Shown piece after piece: positions 8,167-16,933 of a DNA stretch of 64,000 nucleotides. The notes beneath the pieces are model-generated. The model did not search any database and was not told where the DNA came from. It worked only from the letters and a program-made list of their open reading frames with translations. The stretch is from NCBI GenBank assembly GCA_964618725.1, contig CAZUBK010000001.1:132908-196907 (forward strand), in the 5' to 3' direction. Position numbers and translations under genes: made by a program. Position 1 is the stretch's first letter. Each line of letters starts with the position of its first letter. This stretch comes from an uncultured Pseudomonadales bacterium. Its GTDB lineage: Bacteria > Patescibacteriota > Microgenomatia > UBA1400 > Chazhemtobacteraceae.

Positions 8167-9492
8167 ATGGATCAGGCAATCAGGATAACCGGGGGTAGGG
8201 AACTTAACGGTGAGGTGGTGCCAATTCCCAACAAGAACTCGATTGTATCGGCTTTACCGGCGGCGATACTGACGGAAGAAGATGTGGTTTATGAGAATGT
8301 ACCTAAAACTTCAGATGTGGAGAAGATTCTTCAAATTATGGAACTACTTGGGGCATCGGTTGATTGGAGAGAAGATCGGGTGGTAATAAACTGTAGAGGC
8401 GTTAATTCATACAAAATAGACAAGACACTGGGGAGCCAATTTAGAGGGTCGCTTATGTTTGCCGGTCCATTGCTGGCACGTTTCGGAGAGGCTGAAATAC
8501 CGATGCCGGGGGGTTGTCTACTTGGATATCGGTCAAGTGCGGCGCACGTGGATGCGTTCGAGAAGGCAGGAGTGGACGTTACTTGTGATGGAGATAGTTT
8601 AAAGCTGAAACGGGGTAGAGCCAAGAGGCGACATCAAATCTGGCAATATGAGGCCAGTGTGACGGCGACAGAAAATATCGCCATGTATGCAGCGGGGATT
8701 GGGGATGAAATTGAGATTGTAGATGCCGCTGCAGAGCCACATGTAAGTGATGTCTTGAAGTTACTTGGTAAGATGGGGGCAACAATCGAGGGGACAGGAA
8801 CCAACAGGCTTAGAATTAAAGGAAACGCTAGATTGAAAGGGGCGGAGTTCACTCCCGGGATGGACTTTGTAGACATTGCCGGATATATGGCGGCAGTGGG
8901 GATGGCGGGAGGAAAAATACGAATTAAAGGGGCGAACGACTTTGAGCTAACGGGGGGCTTAAGAATCTGGTTCTCGGCATTTGGTTTAAATGTTGCCGAA
9001 GACGGAGAAGATTTGGTAGTAAAGAAGGATGGTGGATTAAGATACCGATATGATGAACTAGGCGTGCCAATGGCGGGACTGAGTCTACCGAAGCTGGCGC
9101 CTCGACCTTGGCCGGGATTTCCGGTGGATGTGATACCGGTAGTAGCGGCACTGGCGTGCAAAACTAGCGGTAAATTGCTATTACAGAACTGGATGTATGA
9201 GAGTGGGTTTGACTTTGTCAGAGAACTAAATGCCTTAGGGGCAGATATATTCATGGCCGATCCACAGAAAATAATAATCTCCGGTCCAGTTAACTTTAGG
9301 GGTGGTGAGGTTAGCCCGCCTCAGGTGATCCAAGCAGTTAAAGCAGTCTTTTTGGCAGCATTGGCTGACAACGTATCTACGACAATTCATGGTACGGATA
9401 TTTTGCGCCGCCGGTATCCGAATATCTTTGAGACATACAAGAGACTTGGAGCAGATATTGAGGTCGTGGGAGCACAGCCGGCAAAATTTTAA
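8167..9492 (+). CDS. murA: UDP-N-acetylglucosamine 1-carboxyvinyltransferase
   Basis: KNS, FRGSLMFAGPLLARFG, PGGCLLGYR (active-site Cys), SVTATEN, AAAEPHV, PWPGFPVD; ATG 8167 preferred because ATG 8155 overlaps a TGcTAGAAT -10 box. Confidence 0.93.
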   Translation: MDQAIRITGGRELNGEVVPIPNKNSIVSALPAAILTEEDVVYENVPKTSDVEKILQIMELLGASVDWREDRVVINCRGVNSYKIDKTLGSQFRGSLMFAGPLLARFGEAEIPMPGGCLLGYRSSAAHVDAFEKAGVDVTCDGDSLKLKRGRAKRRHQIWQYEASVTATENIAMYAAGIGDEIEIVDAAAEPHVSDVLKLLGKMGATIEGTGTNRLRIKGNARLKGAEFTPGMDFVDIAGYMAAVGMAGGKIRIKGANDFELTGGLRIWFSAFGLNVAEDGEDLVVKKDGGLRYRYDELGVPMAGLSLPKLAPRPWPGFPVDVIPVVAALACKTSGKLLLQNWMYESGFDFVRELNALGADIFMADPQKIIISGPVNFRGGEVSPPQVIQAVKAVFLAALADNVSTTIHGTDILRRRYPNIFETYKRLGADIEVVGAQPAKF

Positions 9493-9842
9493 GAGGTGAA
9501 GACTTTGGGGAGAAAGACAACCAAACCAACTATTACGGCAGCAATGGTAGAAAGAAGTACCATGCCAGCAGCCGTATCCTTGGCGATTTTGGCGGCTAAA
9601 TGTTGATTAGGTGAAAGTAGATCAATGATCGATTCAAGGGCGGTGTTAAGCATCTCGGTGATTATTACTAAGACAATAGTGAAAAGGAGAACGAGCCACT
9701 CAAGCTGAGCCAGTTGAAAGTAAATTCCCAAGACGATGGCAACAATAGCAGCAATTAAGTGAATGCGAAAATTAGGTTGAGTTCTAAAGTTGTGGAGGAT
9801 TCCGTCTGAGGCGTGTTTGAAAGAAATATGATGCTTTTTCAT
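9489..9842 (-). CDS. dgkA: DgkA-family diacylglycerol/undecaprenol kinase
   Basis: SFKHA..G, QPNFRIH, EMLNTALESIID, AKIAKDTAAGMVL; three TM segments. Confidence 0.9.
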   Translation of the reverse strand: MKKHHISFKHASDGILHNFRTQPNFRIHLIAAIVAIVLGIYFQLAQLEWLVLLFTIVLVIITEMLNTALESIIDLLSPNQHLAAKIAKDTAAGMVLLSTIAAVIVGLVVFLPKVFTS

Positions 9843-9862
9843 GAGCTAAGTTTATCAGTTTG

Positions 9863-11593
9863 TCAATTCTCAAGTAGGAGAAACTGTTTAGCAATCTCAA
9901 ACCAGAGCGGGGCGGCTGTTTCCGATCCCCAAGGAGAGCTTTGAGGTTCTCGGAGAGTGACGAGCATGGTGAACTTAGGATTGCTGGCCGGAGCAAAACC
10001 AACAAAAGAAGCTATCGTTTTTTCTTCGTCATAATGGCCTTTAATGGGAATCTGAGCGGTGCCGGTCTTGCCAGCGATGGTGATGTTTTTGGGCTTGGCC
10101 CACTTGGCTTCACCGTCATTGACAGCGGCAATCATCATATCAGTAACCTTTTGAGACGTTTCAAGCGAGATTATTTGTTTATCAGCGGGACGCTTGATCG
10201 GAATAAAGATGGAGCCTTCCTGAATAGCCTGAACGAGATATGGACTGACTATTTTCCCCTTATTAGCAATAGCGTTAATCGCAGTGACAAGCTGAATTGG
10301 AGTGACGGCGATACCTTGGCCGAAGGAAATGGTCGCCAAGTCGGCTTCTTTCCAGTCTTTGGCGGGTCGAAGTGAACCTGGGACTTCTTCTTGTAAATCA
10401 ATGTTAGTGGAGTGACCAAAACCGAACTTATCAAGATACTCGCGGAAGTTGTCTGATCCAAGCTTTCTGGCGGCAAAGACCATACCGGTATTATCGGAAT
10501 GAATAATTGTTTCAGTCATTGTCGTGCCAGGATAATACTGATCATTCCAAGTCTTAATAGTGAATGAACCGATCTGAATCTGCCGGTCGCAGGTACTATC
10601 GCATTTAGTATCGGGTCCGATAGAGCCGGCATCGATGGCGGCGGCCATGACAAGGGGCTTGAAGACGCTGCCTGGTTCAAATAGATTGGCGACGGAGGGA
10701 TTTCTATAGCTATTAGTAGGGAAGAGATAGAAGAACCGGGGATCGTAACGAGGAAGGTTGGCCATGGATAGGACGGCTCCGGTCTTGGTTTCTAATATGA
10801 TGACACTGCCTTCAGAGGCGCCGTACTTAGCGAGTCCTTCAGCCAGAAGTCGTTCGGTTTGATACTGAAGGCTTCTATTAATAGTGGTGAGTAGATTGCG
10901 ACCATCTTGGGATTGGTAGTTGGCAAACTGGCCAATGAGGATAGGATTACCTAGCGCATCATTCTCCTGTTTAAGCAAGCCAGAACGACCTTCCAGCTGG
11001 CGTTCGTAATAGCCCTCAAGGCCAAAGTATCCCTGAGGATGCCCGTTGATATCATTACCGACAAAACCAAGAACGTGGGCGCTCATGGAGGCCTCAGGAT
11101 AAAAACGAATTGGTTGTTCTTGGAAGCCGAGACCTTCGATGCCAAGTTTCTCGATAGCGTCTTTTTGTGATCGAGAAAGATGGTTTTGTAAGGCGATCCA
11201 GGTTTTGTCTAGATTCATCCTTTCAAAGAGATGAGTCTTGATTTGATTCTCATAGTCGGTTTGTGGAATAACTCGGGAAGGATCGGTAGCGATTTGAGGC
11301 GAGGAAATGATAACGGGAAGGATGTCATTAATGACTGAGGCAGAGTCCCTTTTAAGTTTTGGTTTGTAAACAAAGAGCTGATAAGTATCCTCGATACCAG
11401 CCAGTAATCCTTGATCGGAGGCGAGAATGCTTCCTCTTTTAGCAGTAAGAGTCGCCGTAGATTGATATTGACTATTAGCTTTGCCACTTAGTTCAAAGCC
11501 CCGAATGATTTGCCAATAAAATAAACGGCTGATGATCAAGGCGCTAGAGATGGTGATTGCAAGTTGAGCGAGACGGAGGCGCTTTAATAGCAT
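9863..11593 (-). CDS. ftsI: class B penicillin-binding protein (FtsI/SpoVD-like)
   Basis: RLFYWQI, KRGSI, RFYPE, EPGSVFK (SxxK), SDN, KTGTAQ; position after mraZ-rsmH-ftsL. Confidence 0.9.
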   Translation of the reverse strand: MLLKRLRLAQLAITISSALIISRLFYWQIIRGFELSGKANSQYQSTATLTAKRGSILASDQGLLAGIEDTYQLFVYKPKLKRDSASVINDILPVIISSPQIATDPSRVIPQTDYENQIKTHLFERMNLDKTWIALQNHLSRSQKDAIEKLGIEGLGFQEQPIRFYPEASMSAHVLGFVGNDINGHPQGYFGLEGYYERQLEGRSGLLKQENDALGNPILIGQFANYQSQDGRNLLTTINRSLQYQTERLLAEGLAKYGASEGSVIILETKTGAVLSMANLPRYDPRFFYLFPTNSYRNPSVANLFEPGSVFKPLVMAAAIDAGSIGPDTKCDSTCDRQIQIGSFTIKTWNDQYYPGTTMTETIIHSDNTGMVFAARKLGSDNFREYLDKFGFGHSTNIDLQEEVPGSLRPAKDWKEADLATISFGQGIAVTPIQLVTAINAIANKGKIVSPYLVQAIQEGSIFIPIKRPADKQIISLETSQKVTDMMIAAVNDGEAKWAKPKNITIAGKTGTAQIPIKGHYDEEKTIASFVGFAPASNPKFTMLVTLREPQSSPWGSETAAPLWFEIAKQFLLLEN

Positions 11594-11617
11594 AGACCCA
11601 TTGTAAGAGAAGTAGAA

Positions 11618-11917
11618 CTAACGTGGAAGTAAGGCGACAGGAGATGAGGAAGTGACAACAACAGGTTTATTAATTTTTTGGAAACCGTGAAGGCTGGCCT
11701 GCGATTCAATATAAGAAAGAGAACTTAACTGAGAGATCTGATTAGTTAAATGAGTATTCTCTTTTTGTAGGGAAAGAGTTTCCACACTTAGTTTTTCGAC
11801 TTCATGTCCACGAGTAGCTAAGAGATTACTGCCAATAAGATTAAAAACAGCAAGAAGCACAACAAGGCAGCCGGTGGCTTTAAGGCTTGGATGGATGTTT
11901 TTAATTCTGTTTATCAT
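11618..11917 (-). CDS. ftsL: FtsL-like cell division protein
   Basis: One TM segment, coiled coil and SLSYIESQA..GF; syntenic position between rsmH and ftsI. Confidence 0.7.
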   Translation of the reverse strand: MINRIKNIHPSLKATGCLVVLLAVFNLIGSNLLATRGHEVEKLSVETLSLQKENTHLTNQISQLSSLSYIESQASLHGFQKINKPVVVTSSSPVALLPR

Positions 11918-12831
11918 ATTTTTCTGGCTACGCGCATTTTGGCGCTAGTAGCTTTAGGATTTTGTTTATTTTCCTCTGGGGAGGCGGTTATCAGATCTTT
12001 GTTAACAATTTCAAGATTGAGATTGTCTTTGAAGAAATGTTTAACGATTCTGTCCTCTCCAGAATGGAAGCTGATCACAACAAGTGGGCTGCCGACTTCT
12101 AATGCGTTGACCACTTGGGGGAGAAGCTGTGTCAGACTGTGAAGCTCAAGATTAACGGCGATGCGTAAGGCCTGGAAGACTTTGGTGGCGGGATGGATTG
12201 AACTCTTGGGTTTAAGCTGGGTAATGAGGTTGGCCAATTGAGTGGTGGAAGTAAAGGGTCGAGTCTGGCGAGAAAGAACAATGGCTTTGGCAATTTTTGG
12301 AGCATAGGTTTCGTCGGCATAATCACGGAAGACTTGAATTAGTTGTTTTTCAGCAAGAGCGTTGAGTAAATCGGCGGCGGTGACGCCAAGGCGGCGATCC
12401 ATGCGCATATCAAGCGGCGCGTCGTATTGGAAACTGAAACCTCGCTCTGGGGTTAGAAGTTGATATGAGGAGATGCCGAGGTCAAAAAGGGCGCCGTTGA
12501 GATTAATTCCGATTAGATTTGGAAGAACTTGATCTAAAGTGGAAAAGTTTTGGTTGACGAGGATACAATCATAATCTGAAACATTTATTGGCTGATTTTC
12601 GTAAAGACATATCTTTACGCCTGGGCAGGCAGCGATAATGTTTTGCTTGGCTCTTTCGATGGCGACTTCATCTTGATCAAAGGCAAGAACTTTAGCCTTG
12701 GTCTTGAGAATGAGGATGGTGTGTCCTCCGTCGCCAAGCGTACCATCTAGATACCAGTGACCAAGCTTGGGTTTAAGATGATGTAAGACCTCTTTGGACA
12801 GGACGGGTTGGTGAACTATTTCGTTACTCAT
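11914..12831 (-). CDS. rsmH: 16S rRNA m4C1402 methyltransferase
   Basis: HQPVL, DGTLGDGGH, DLGISSYQL, RGFSF..DAPLDMRMD, HPATKVFQALRIAVN, ISFHSGEDRIVK. Confidence 0.97.
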   Translation of the reverse strand: MSNEIVHQPVLSKEVLHHLKPKLGHWYLDGTLGDGGHTILILKTKAKVLAFDQDEVAIERAKQNIIAACPGVKICLYENQPINVSDYDCILVNQNFSTLDQVLPNLIGINLNGALFDLGISSYQLLTPERGFSFQYDAPLDMRMDRRLGVTAADLLNALAEKQLIQVFRDYADETYAPKIAKAIVLSRQTRPFTSTTQLANLITQLKPKSSIHPATKVFQALRIAVNLELHSLTQLLPQVVNALEVGSPLVVISFHSGEDRIVKHFFKDNLNLEIVNKDLITASPEENKQNPKATSAKMRVARKI

Positions 12832-13259
12832 ATGCCTAATTCAGAGACTTTCTCTTCAAGTGATTGTGTCTCTTGAGCTAATAAATCAAAGTGCTTATGG
12901 TAGCTATCACGGTCCCAGATCTCAATTCGAGTTAGGGCTCCGGCGACTACTATTTGTTTTGTCAGATTTGTCTGTTCGCGTAGGTAAGAAGGAATCAAAG
13001 TTCTCCCCTGTGAATCGAGATGAAGAAAGGCGGCTTCTTGCACTAAGAGTCGTGTAAAGGCTCGAGCTGAGGGATTGGTCAAGGGAAGTGAGGCCAGCTT
13101 CCTGGAAAGCTTTTTCCAGTAGAAGTCGGGAAAAAGAAAGAGGCAGCCATCCAGACCTCTGGTGATCACGCCACCAGATGCGAGTTTCTCGCGGAAGGGT
13201 TTGGGTATGGCGAGACGTCCCTTCTCTTCTAGTGTGTGGTAGTAACGGCCAATAAACAT
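12828..13259 (-). CDS. mraZ: division/cell wall cluster transcriptional repressor MraZ
   Basis: MFIGRY.HTLEEKGRLAIP, TRGLDGCL, DSQGRTLIP..LR, RIEIWD. Confidence 0.96.
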   Translation of the reverse strand: MFIGRYYHTLEEKGRLAIPKPFREKLASGGVITRGLDGCLFLFPDFYWKKLSRKLASLPLTNPSARAFTRLLVQEAAFLHLDSQGRTLIPSYLREQTNLTKQIVVAGALTRIEIWDRDSYHKHFDLLAQETQSLEEKVSELGI

Positions 13260-13295
13260 AATTCATCGTTGGGCAGTTGATGATAGTGAAATTTA

Positions 13296-13398
13296 TATAA
13301 GAGCTTGCTCGTGTCGCAAGAATAACTGGTGTTACTTTTCTTGCTTGACTGTGCTTCCTCTTATACTGTGCACGTAATTCGCTTTGCTATATTACGTG
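13296..13398 (-). other. structured 5' leader of the mraZ operon (two hairpins)
   Basis: CACGTAAT/ATTACGTG (13371-13398) and a long hairpin TATAAGAG..GTC.GCAAGAA.TAAC/GTTA..TTCTTGC..GAC..CTCTTATA (13296-13365). Confidence 0.5.
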
Positions 13399-13403
13399 GC
13401 TTC

Positions 13404-13437
13404 AGTATAGAGGCTCTTTCACCACTTGTCACCACTT
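13404..13437 (-). promoter_or_regulatory. mraZ promoter overlapping MraZ-binding GTGG direct repeats
   Basis: Minus strand GTGACA(13427-13432)-N17-TATACT(13404-13409); AAGTGGTGA repeated with a 10-bp period at 13419-13427 and 13429-13437. Confidence 0.8.
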
Positions 13438-13524
13438 ACTCTCAAGTTTAAAGATACAAAGTGACCATGTCAAGGGGGTATTTGAGATAGTTTTAGCTGT
13501 CTTTGAGCTAGATAAGTCGTATGT

Positions 13525-13557
13525 GAAAAGAAAAGCCCCACGTGGAAAACGTGGGGC
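13525..13557 (-). terminator. intrinsic terminator downstream of ORF 13642-14478
   Basis: 9-bp stem GCCCCACGT/ACGTGGGGC followed on the minus strand by TTTTCTTTTC. Confidence 0.8.
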
Positions 13558-13641
13558 GAAGGGATTCTTACAAAATTAACTGCCAGAGTAGTGCCATTAA
13601 GGCCCAGATGAAGTTATTTTACCACCCTTTGTGGAAAACTG

Positions 13642-14478
13642 TTATTTCACTGGCACAATCGGGCCGACCATATAGAGGATACCTTCTTCCTTTTCTCCTT
13701 TTAGATCGTCACGGATAATGGTGACTTCCCGACTCCAGGGGGCGTGTTTTAGATCGATGATGAGATTACTGCCTTCTTTCTTGGCGGGGAGGGGCTTGTA
13801 AACGGTGCCGTCATAAAGAAGAGCTGAGGTAGCGTCGGGAGCGTAGATGGTGAGCGTGCCGGTGATTTTGTCTTTCTTGGTTGAGGTAATAGCGACGGGC
13901 TCTTGAGCAACTTCTTGTTCTATGCTACCCAAGAAACCATGGGTTTGGCCTATGATGAGCCCAGCGGTGGATTTGCTAGTTGGTGAGAACTTGAGTTTTT
14001 GGTCAGAGGTGGCAGTGTCGCCATCGACGAAAATGTAATTGCTTTTAAGGAGATGGAGTTCGTCGTTTACTTCAAGTTTTGTTTTAATGGTTCCGGTGGT
14101 GATGTCGGTATCAAAACTACACTTACCACCAGCAGAACAGCTACCCAAGAGAAAGGCTTGAGTGTAGGGGGAAGGAGCAGCAGCAGAAATGGAGGTACGG
14201 CCACCTTTAAGGGCGTTACCAGAGAGATATTCAATATCAACGGTGAGATCTGAAGCGGGGCGCTTATCAACCATAAGAGTGATTAGCTTGTTGGTGCTGT
14301 GGGGAAAGAGAGCAATAAAGGGACGATCCTTGAATGGGAGAGCGTTGATAATTTGGCGTTTACTGGGTGTTTCGGAAACGGATTTGGTCTTTGGCTTGAG
14401 AAAGAAGAAGTAAGAGGCAGCGGCAAGGACAGAAACAGACAAGACAGAAATAAGCGCGATCAGGGCAGGTTTTTTCAT
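13642..14478 (-). CDS. membrane-anchored hypothetical protein
   Basis: N-terminal hydrophobic helix, beta-rich body, LLGSCSAGGKC cysteine pair. Confidence 0.8.
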   Translation of the reverse strand: MKKPALIALISVLSVSVLAAASYFFFLKPKTKSVSETPSKRQIINALPFKDRPFIALFPHSTNKLITLMVDKRPASDLTVDIEYLSGNALKGGRTSISAAAPSPYTQAFLLGSCSAGGKCSFDTDITTGTIKTKLEVNDELHLLKSNYIFVDGDTATSDQKLKFSPTSKSTAGLIIGQTHGFLGSIEQEVAQEPVAITSTKKDKITGTLTIYAPDATSALLYDGTVYKPLPAKKEGSNLIIDLKHAPWSREVTIIRDDLKGEKEEGILYMVGPIVPVK

Positions 14479-14482
14479 GTAT

Positions 14483-15853
14483 TTAGTCTAACTTACCTTT
14501 CAAATAGTTTTCAAGAGCCCCAATGGCGACTCTTTCTTGGCCAGCATTGTCGCGATCACGAATGGTGACGGTGTCGTCCTCGAGAGTTTGGAAATCAACA
14601 GTGATACAGAAGGGGGTACCGATCTCGTCTTGAGAGAAGTAGCGTTTGCCAATATTGCCGCGCTGGTCCCAATCGACGACGAAGTCGTCGTAGAGGAGGG
14701 AATGAACCTGGCGAGCTTTACCAATCAGCTCTTCTTTGTTGCTAAGAAGAGGAAAGATGGCGGCAGTATAAGGAGCCAACTTGTAGGGGAAGCGCATAAC
14801 GGTACGATTTTTGGTGGTATCTTCCCAGTAGGAGTTAATCAAGACAGTCGTTAGGGAGCGAGTGATACCAAAGGTTGGTTCAATGACGTGAGGAAGGTAT
14901 TTTTCACCGGTTTGGGGATCGGTGTAGGAGAGATCGACGCCTGACTTCTCCGAGTGGGTTCTCAGGTCATAGTTACCACGATAAGCCACGGCGAACCATT
15001 CTTTGAAACCGAAGGGGTATCTGTATTCAAGATCCTCGGTGCGAGAACTGTAGTGACTTAGTTCTTCTTTAGTATGGGGACGCCAACGAAGGTTCTCGTC
15101 TTGTATGCCGAGAAGATGAGCAAAGCGAGTGACTTCTTCCTTCCAGAACTCAAACCAGGTCTCCCATTCAGATTCTTTGACGAAGTATTCGAATTCGGCC
15201 AGATCAAATTCTAGAACGCGGAAGGTGAACTTACCCATGGTGACTTCGTTTCTAAAGACCTTACCGACTTGAGCCAGACCAAAGGGTAACTTGGGATGAA
15301 TTGAGTCAAGAATAAGCTTAAAGTCGGTAAACATGCCCTGAGCGGTCTCTCCTCTTAAATAAACTTTGTTCTTGTCGCCAGTGATGATGCCAACCTCGGT
15401 TTGAAAAAGCTGGTTGAAGCGGCGGGGCTTGGTCCAGTCGAGTTTACCGCAGCTGGGACACTTTATCTTCTCTTTTTGAATAATCTGATCCATCTCTTCT
15501 ATGGACTTGCCTTCAACCTTTATGTCCAAAGAATCTTCGATGAGATGATCGGCTCGGGTACGAAATTGACAGTTCTTACAGTCAATGAGGATGTCGGCAA
15601 AGCTTTGGACATGACCGGAGGCTTCCCAGATGGAGGGACTAGTGAGAATAGAGGTATCAAGGCCATAGATCTCGGGACGCTTGTTGACGAATTCCTTCCA
15701 CCAGAGATTGGTGATGTTTCTTTTGAGTTCGACACCACGGGGACCAAGGTCGTAGGTGTTGGCTAATCCGCCATAGATATCAGAACCGGGGTAAATAAAG
15801 CCACGACGCTTGGAGAGAGAAATTACTTTATCGAGAAGATCTGGAGTAGACAT
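14483..15853 (-). CDS. glyQS: glycine--tRNA ligase, alpha2 type
   Basis: KRRGFIYPGSDIYGG, WEASGH, YLRGETAQG, AQVGKVFRNE, ELSHYS, PHVIEPTFG, IGKRY..QDEIGTP. Confidence 0.96.
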   Translation of the reverse strand: MSTPDLLDKVISLSKRRGFIYPGSDIYGGLANTYDLGPRGVELKRNITNLWWKEFVNKRPEIYGLDTSILTSPSIWEASGHVQSFADILIDCKNCQFRTRADHLIEDSLDIKVEGKSIEEMDQIIQKEKIKCPSCGKLDWTKPRRFNQLFQTEVGIITGDKNKVYLRGETAQGMFTDFKLILDSIHPKLPFGLAQVGKVFRNEVTMGKFTFRVLEFDLAEFEYFVKESEWETWFEFWKEEVTRFAHLLGIQDENLRWRPHTKEELSHYSSRTEDLEYRYPFGFKEWFAVAYRGNYDLRTHSEKSGVDLSYTDPQTGEKYLPHVIEPTFGITRSLTTVLINSYWEDTTKNRTVMRFPYKLAPYTAAIFPLLSNKEELIGKARQVHSLLYDDFVVDWDQRGNIGKRYFSQDEIGTPFCITVDFQTLEDDTVTIRDRDNAGQERVAIGALENYLKGKLD

Positions 15854-15914
15854 GGCTATATTTTATCAAACGAATGTTAAATTAGATAACGTAGTTACAA
15901 AGTAAACCTATATA

Positions 15915-15944
15915 TTGACACAATTATAGTTATACATATATAAT
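15915..15944 (+). promoter_or_regulatory. consensus sigma70 promoter of the PspA-like unit
   Basis: TTGACA(15915-15920)-N18-TATAAT(15939-15944). Confidence 0.8.
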
Positions 15945-16003
15945 GAGGATAGGTTCGACATGAGTCGAGCAAAAAAAAGAACATTGACGAGAGGAAAAAA
16001 TAA

Positions 16004-16768
16004 ATGTCCAAAGCTCTTGACGACCGTATCAATTTTCGCGATGTCTTTGCTTCTATGGGTAACAAGCTCAAGAACATTCTGGCGTCAACGATGACGCCGG
16101 AGGAAAAGCTTGAGCGGATTCTCATGGCAATGGCAAGAGACGTCCAGGAAAAACGCGCTACAGCGCGAAAGATCGGTACTCAGATGCGTGCGATGGCAGA
16201 TCCCGAGACTCCAGAGATGGAGCCACTGGAGATGTTACGCGCTCGCGAAGCGAGGCTGGTGGAGTTGGGCGGGAGTCTGTACACCCAGATGCAGGAAGCT
16301 GAGACAGCGGGTCATCCGCGCGAAACATCCAACATCAAGGTTCGTATGGGCCAGGTAGCCCAGGAACTGACGGGTCTACGTGAGGGAATGCTGGCAACCC
16401 AGCAGTCTACTTATGAGACCTTGGTTTCATCCTATGAAATCGCGATGCAGTCGCTTTCTCAAGTAGAAGCGGCATATCAGACCGCTAGGGCCAATGGCCC
16501 AGCAATGCTCACGGCTCTCCGGGCTCATGAGGAAGCGATGGCGCTTCGCAAAGAAGCCCAGGCGGGTTCGGGATCACCGGACATGAAATTCATGGATGAT
16601 CTGGCTGCCGAGCTGTCTGCCGCTAAGGCAGAAATGCGCGCCGATCAGGCGATTGACGAAGATCTTAATGCCATGAATCCAACCGTCGATAAGATGCTTG
16701 CTGACCTTGATCAGGAAGCGGTGGACGCCAATGTGATGGCCGAATTCGAGGCCGCCTCTAAGAAGTAG
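16004..16768 (+). CDS. divergent PspA/IM30 (bacterial ESCRT-III-like) protein
   Basis: Amphipathic N-terminal helix, TPEEKLERILMAM (similar to PspA DPEKxLxQxIxEM), long coiled coils, C-terminal VDKMLADLD..VD...AEF; GAGAGG Shine-Dalgarno. Confidence 0.7.
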   Translation: MSKALDDRINFRDVFASMGNKLKNILASTMTPEEKLERILMAMARDVQEKRATARKIGTQMRAMADPETPEMEPLEMLRAREARLVELGGSLYTQMQEAETAGHPRETSNIKVRMGQVAQELTGLREGMLATQQSTYETLVSSYEIAMQSLSQVEAAYQTARANGPAMLTALRAHEEAMALRKEAQAGSGSPDMKFMDDLAAELSAAKAEMRADQAIDEDLNAMNPTVDKMLADLDQEAVDANVMAEFEAASKK

Positions 16769-16780
16769 TCTATGATTGTT

Positions 16781-16826
16781 GGGGTGGGAATTGGGATGCT
16801 CCCGAGTCCCACCCTTTTTCTTTTTT
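16781..16826 (+). terminator. intrinsic terminator after the PspA-like gene
   Basis: GGGTGGGA..GGGA-tgc-TCCC..TCCCACCC followed by TTTTTCTTTTTT. Confidence 0.85.
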
Positions 16827-16835
16827 AAAAGAGTG

Positions 16836-16893
16836 GAAGATATCGTCTGGTGTGTTACCAGGCCTGAAGACGTCGAAAGACAGAAATATCTTC
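16836..16893 (+). ncRNA. type III hammerhead ribozyme, predicted cleavage after C16844
   Basis: Stem III GAAGAUAU/AUAUCUUC; AUC cleavage triplet; stem I GUCUGGU-gugUU-ACCAGGC; core CUGAAGA (16864-16870); stem II C-GUC-gaaa-GAC-A; core GAAA (16883-16886). Confidence 0.85.
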
Positions 16894-16933
16894 AGAAGAA
16901 GAACTTTAAAATTTCTAAGCAGAAGAGGAAAAG

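Noticed and set aside
7000-9254. Long antisense ORFs 7000-7572 and 8634-9254, and the many similar shadow ORFs elsewhere
   Set aside because: They lie opposite well-supported genes and have no motifs or start signals
13541-13639. DnaA-box-like TGTGGAAAA and CGTGGAAAA as a possible oriC
   Set aside because: Only two imperfect copies, one inside a terminator hairpin, and no dnaA or unwinding element nearby
15945-16000. Hairpin GTTCGAC-atga-GTCGAGC plus A-tract as a preQ1-like riboswitch
   Set aside because: Loop and pseudoknot consensus not matched, and the downstream gene is unrelated; probably a simple 5' hairpin
16806-16838. Alternative pairing CCACCCTTTT/AAAAGAGTGG as an antiterminator
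   Set aside because: It is weak, and its 3' half lies downstream of the U-tract, so it cannot form before termination
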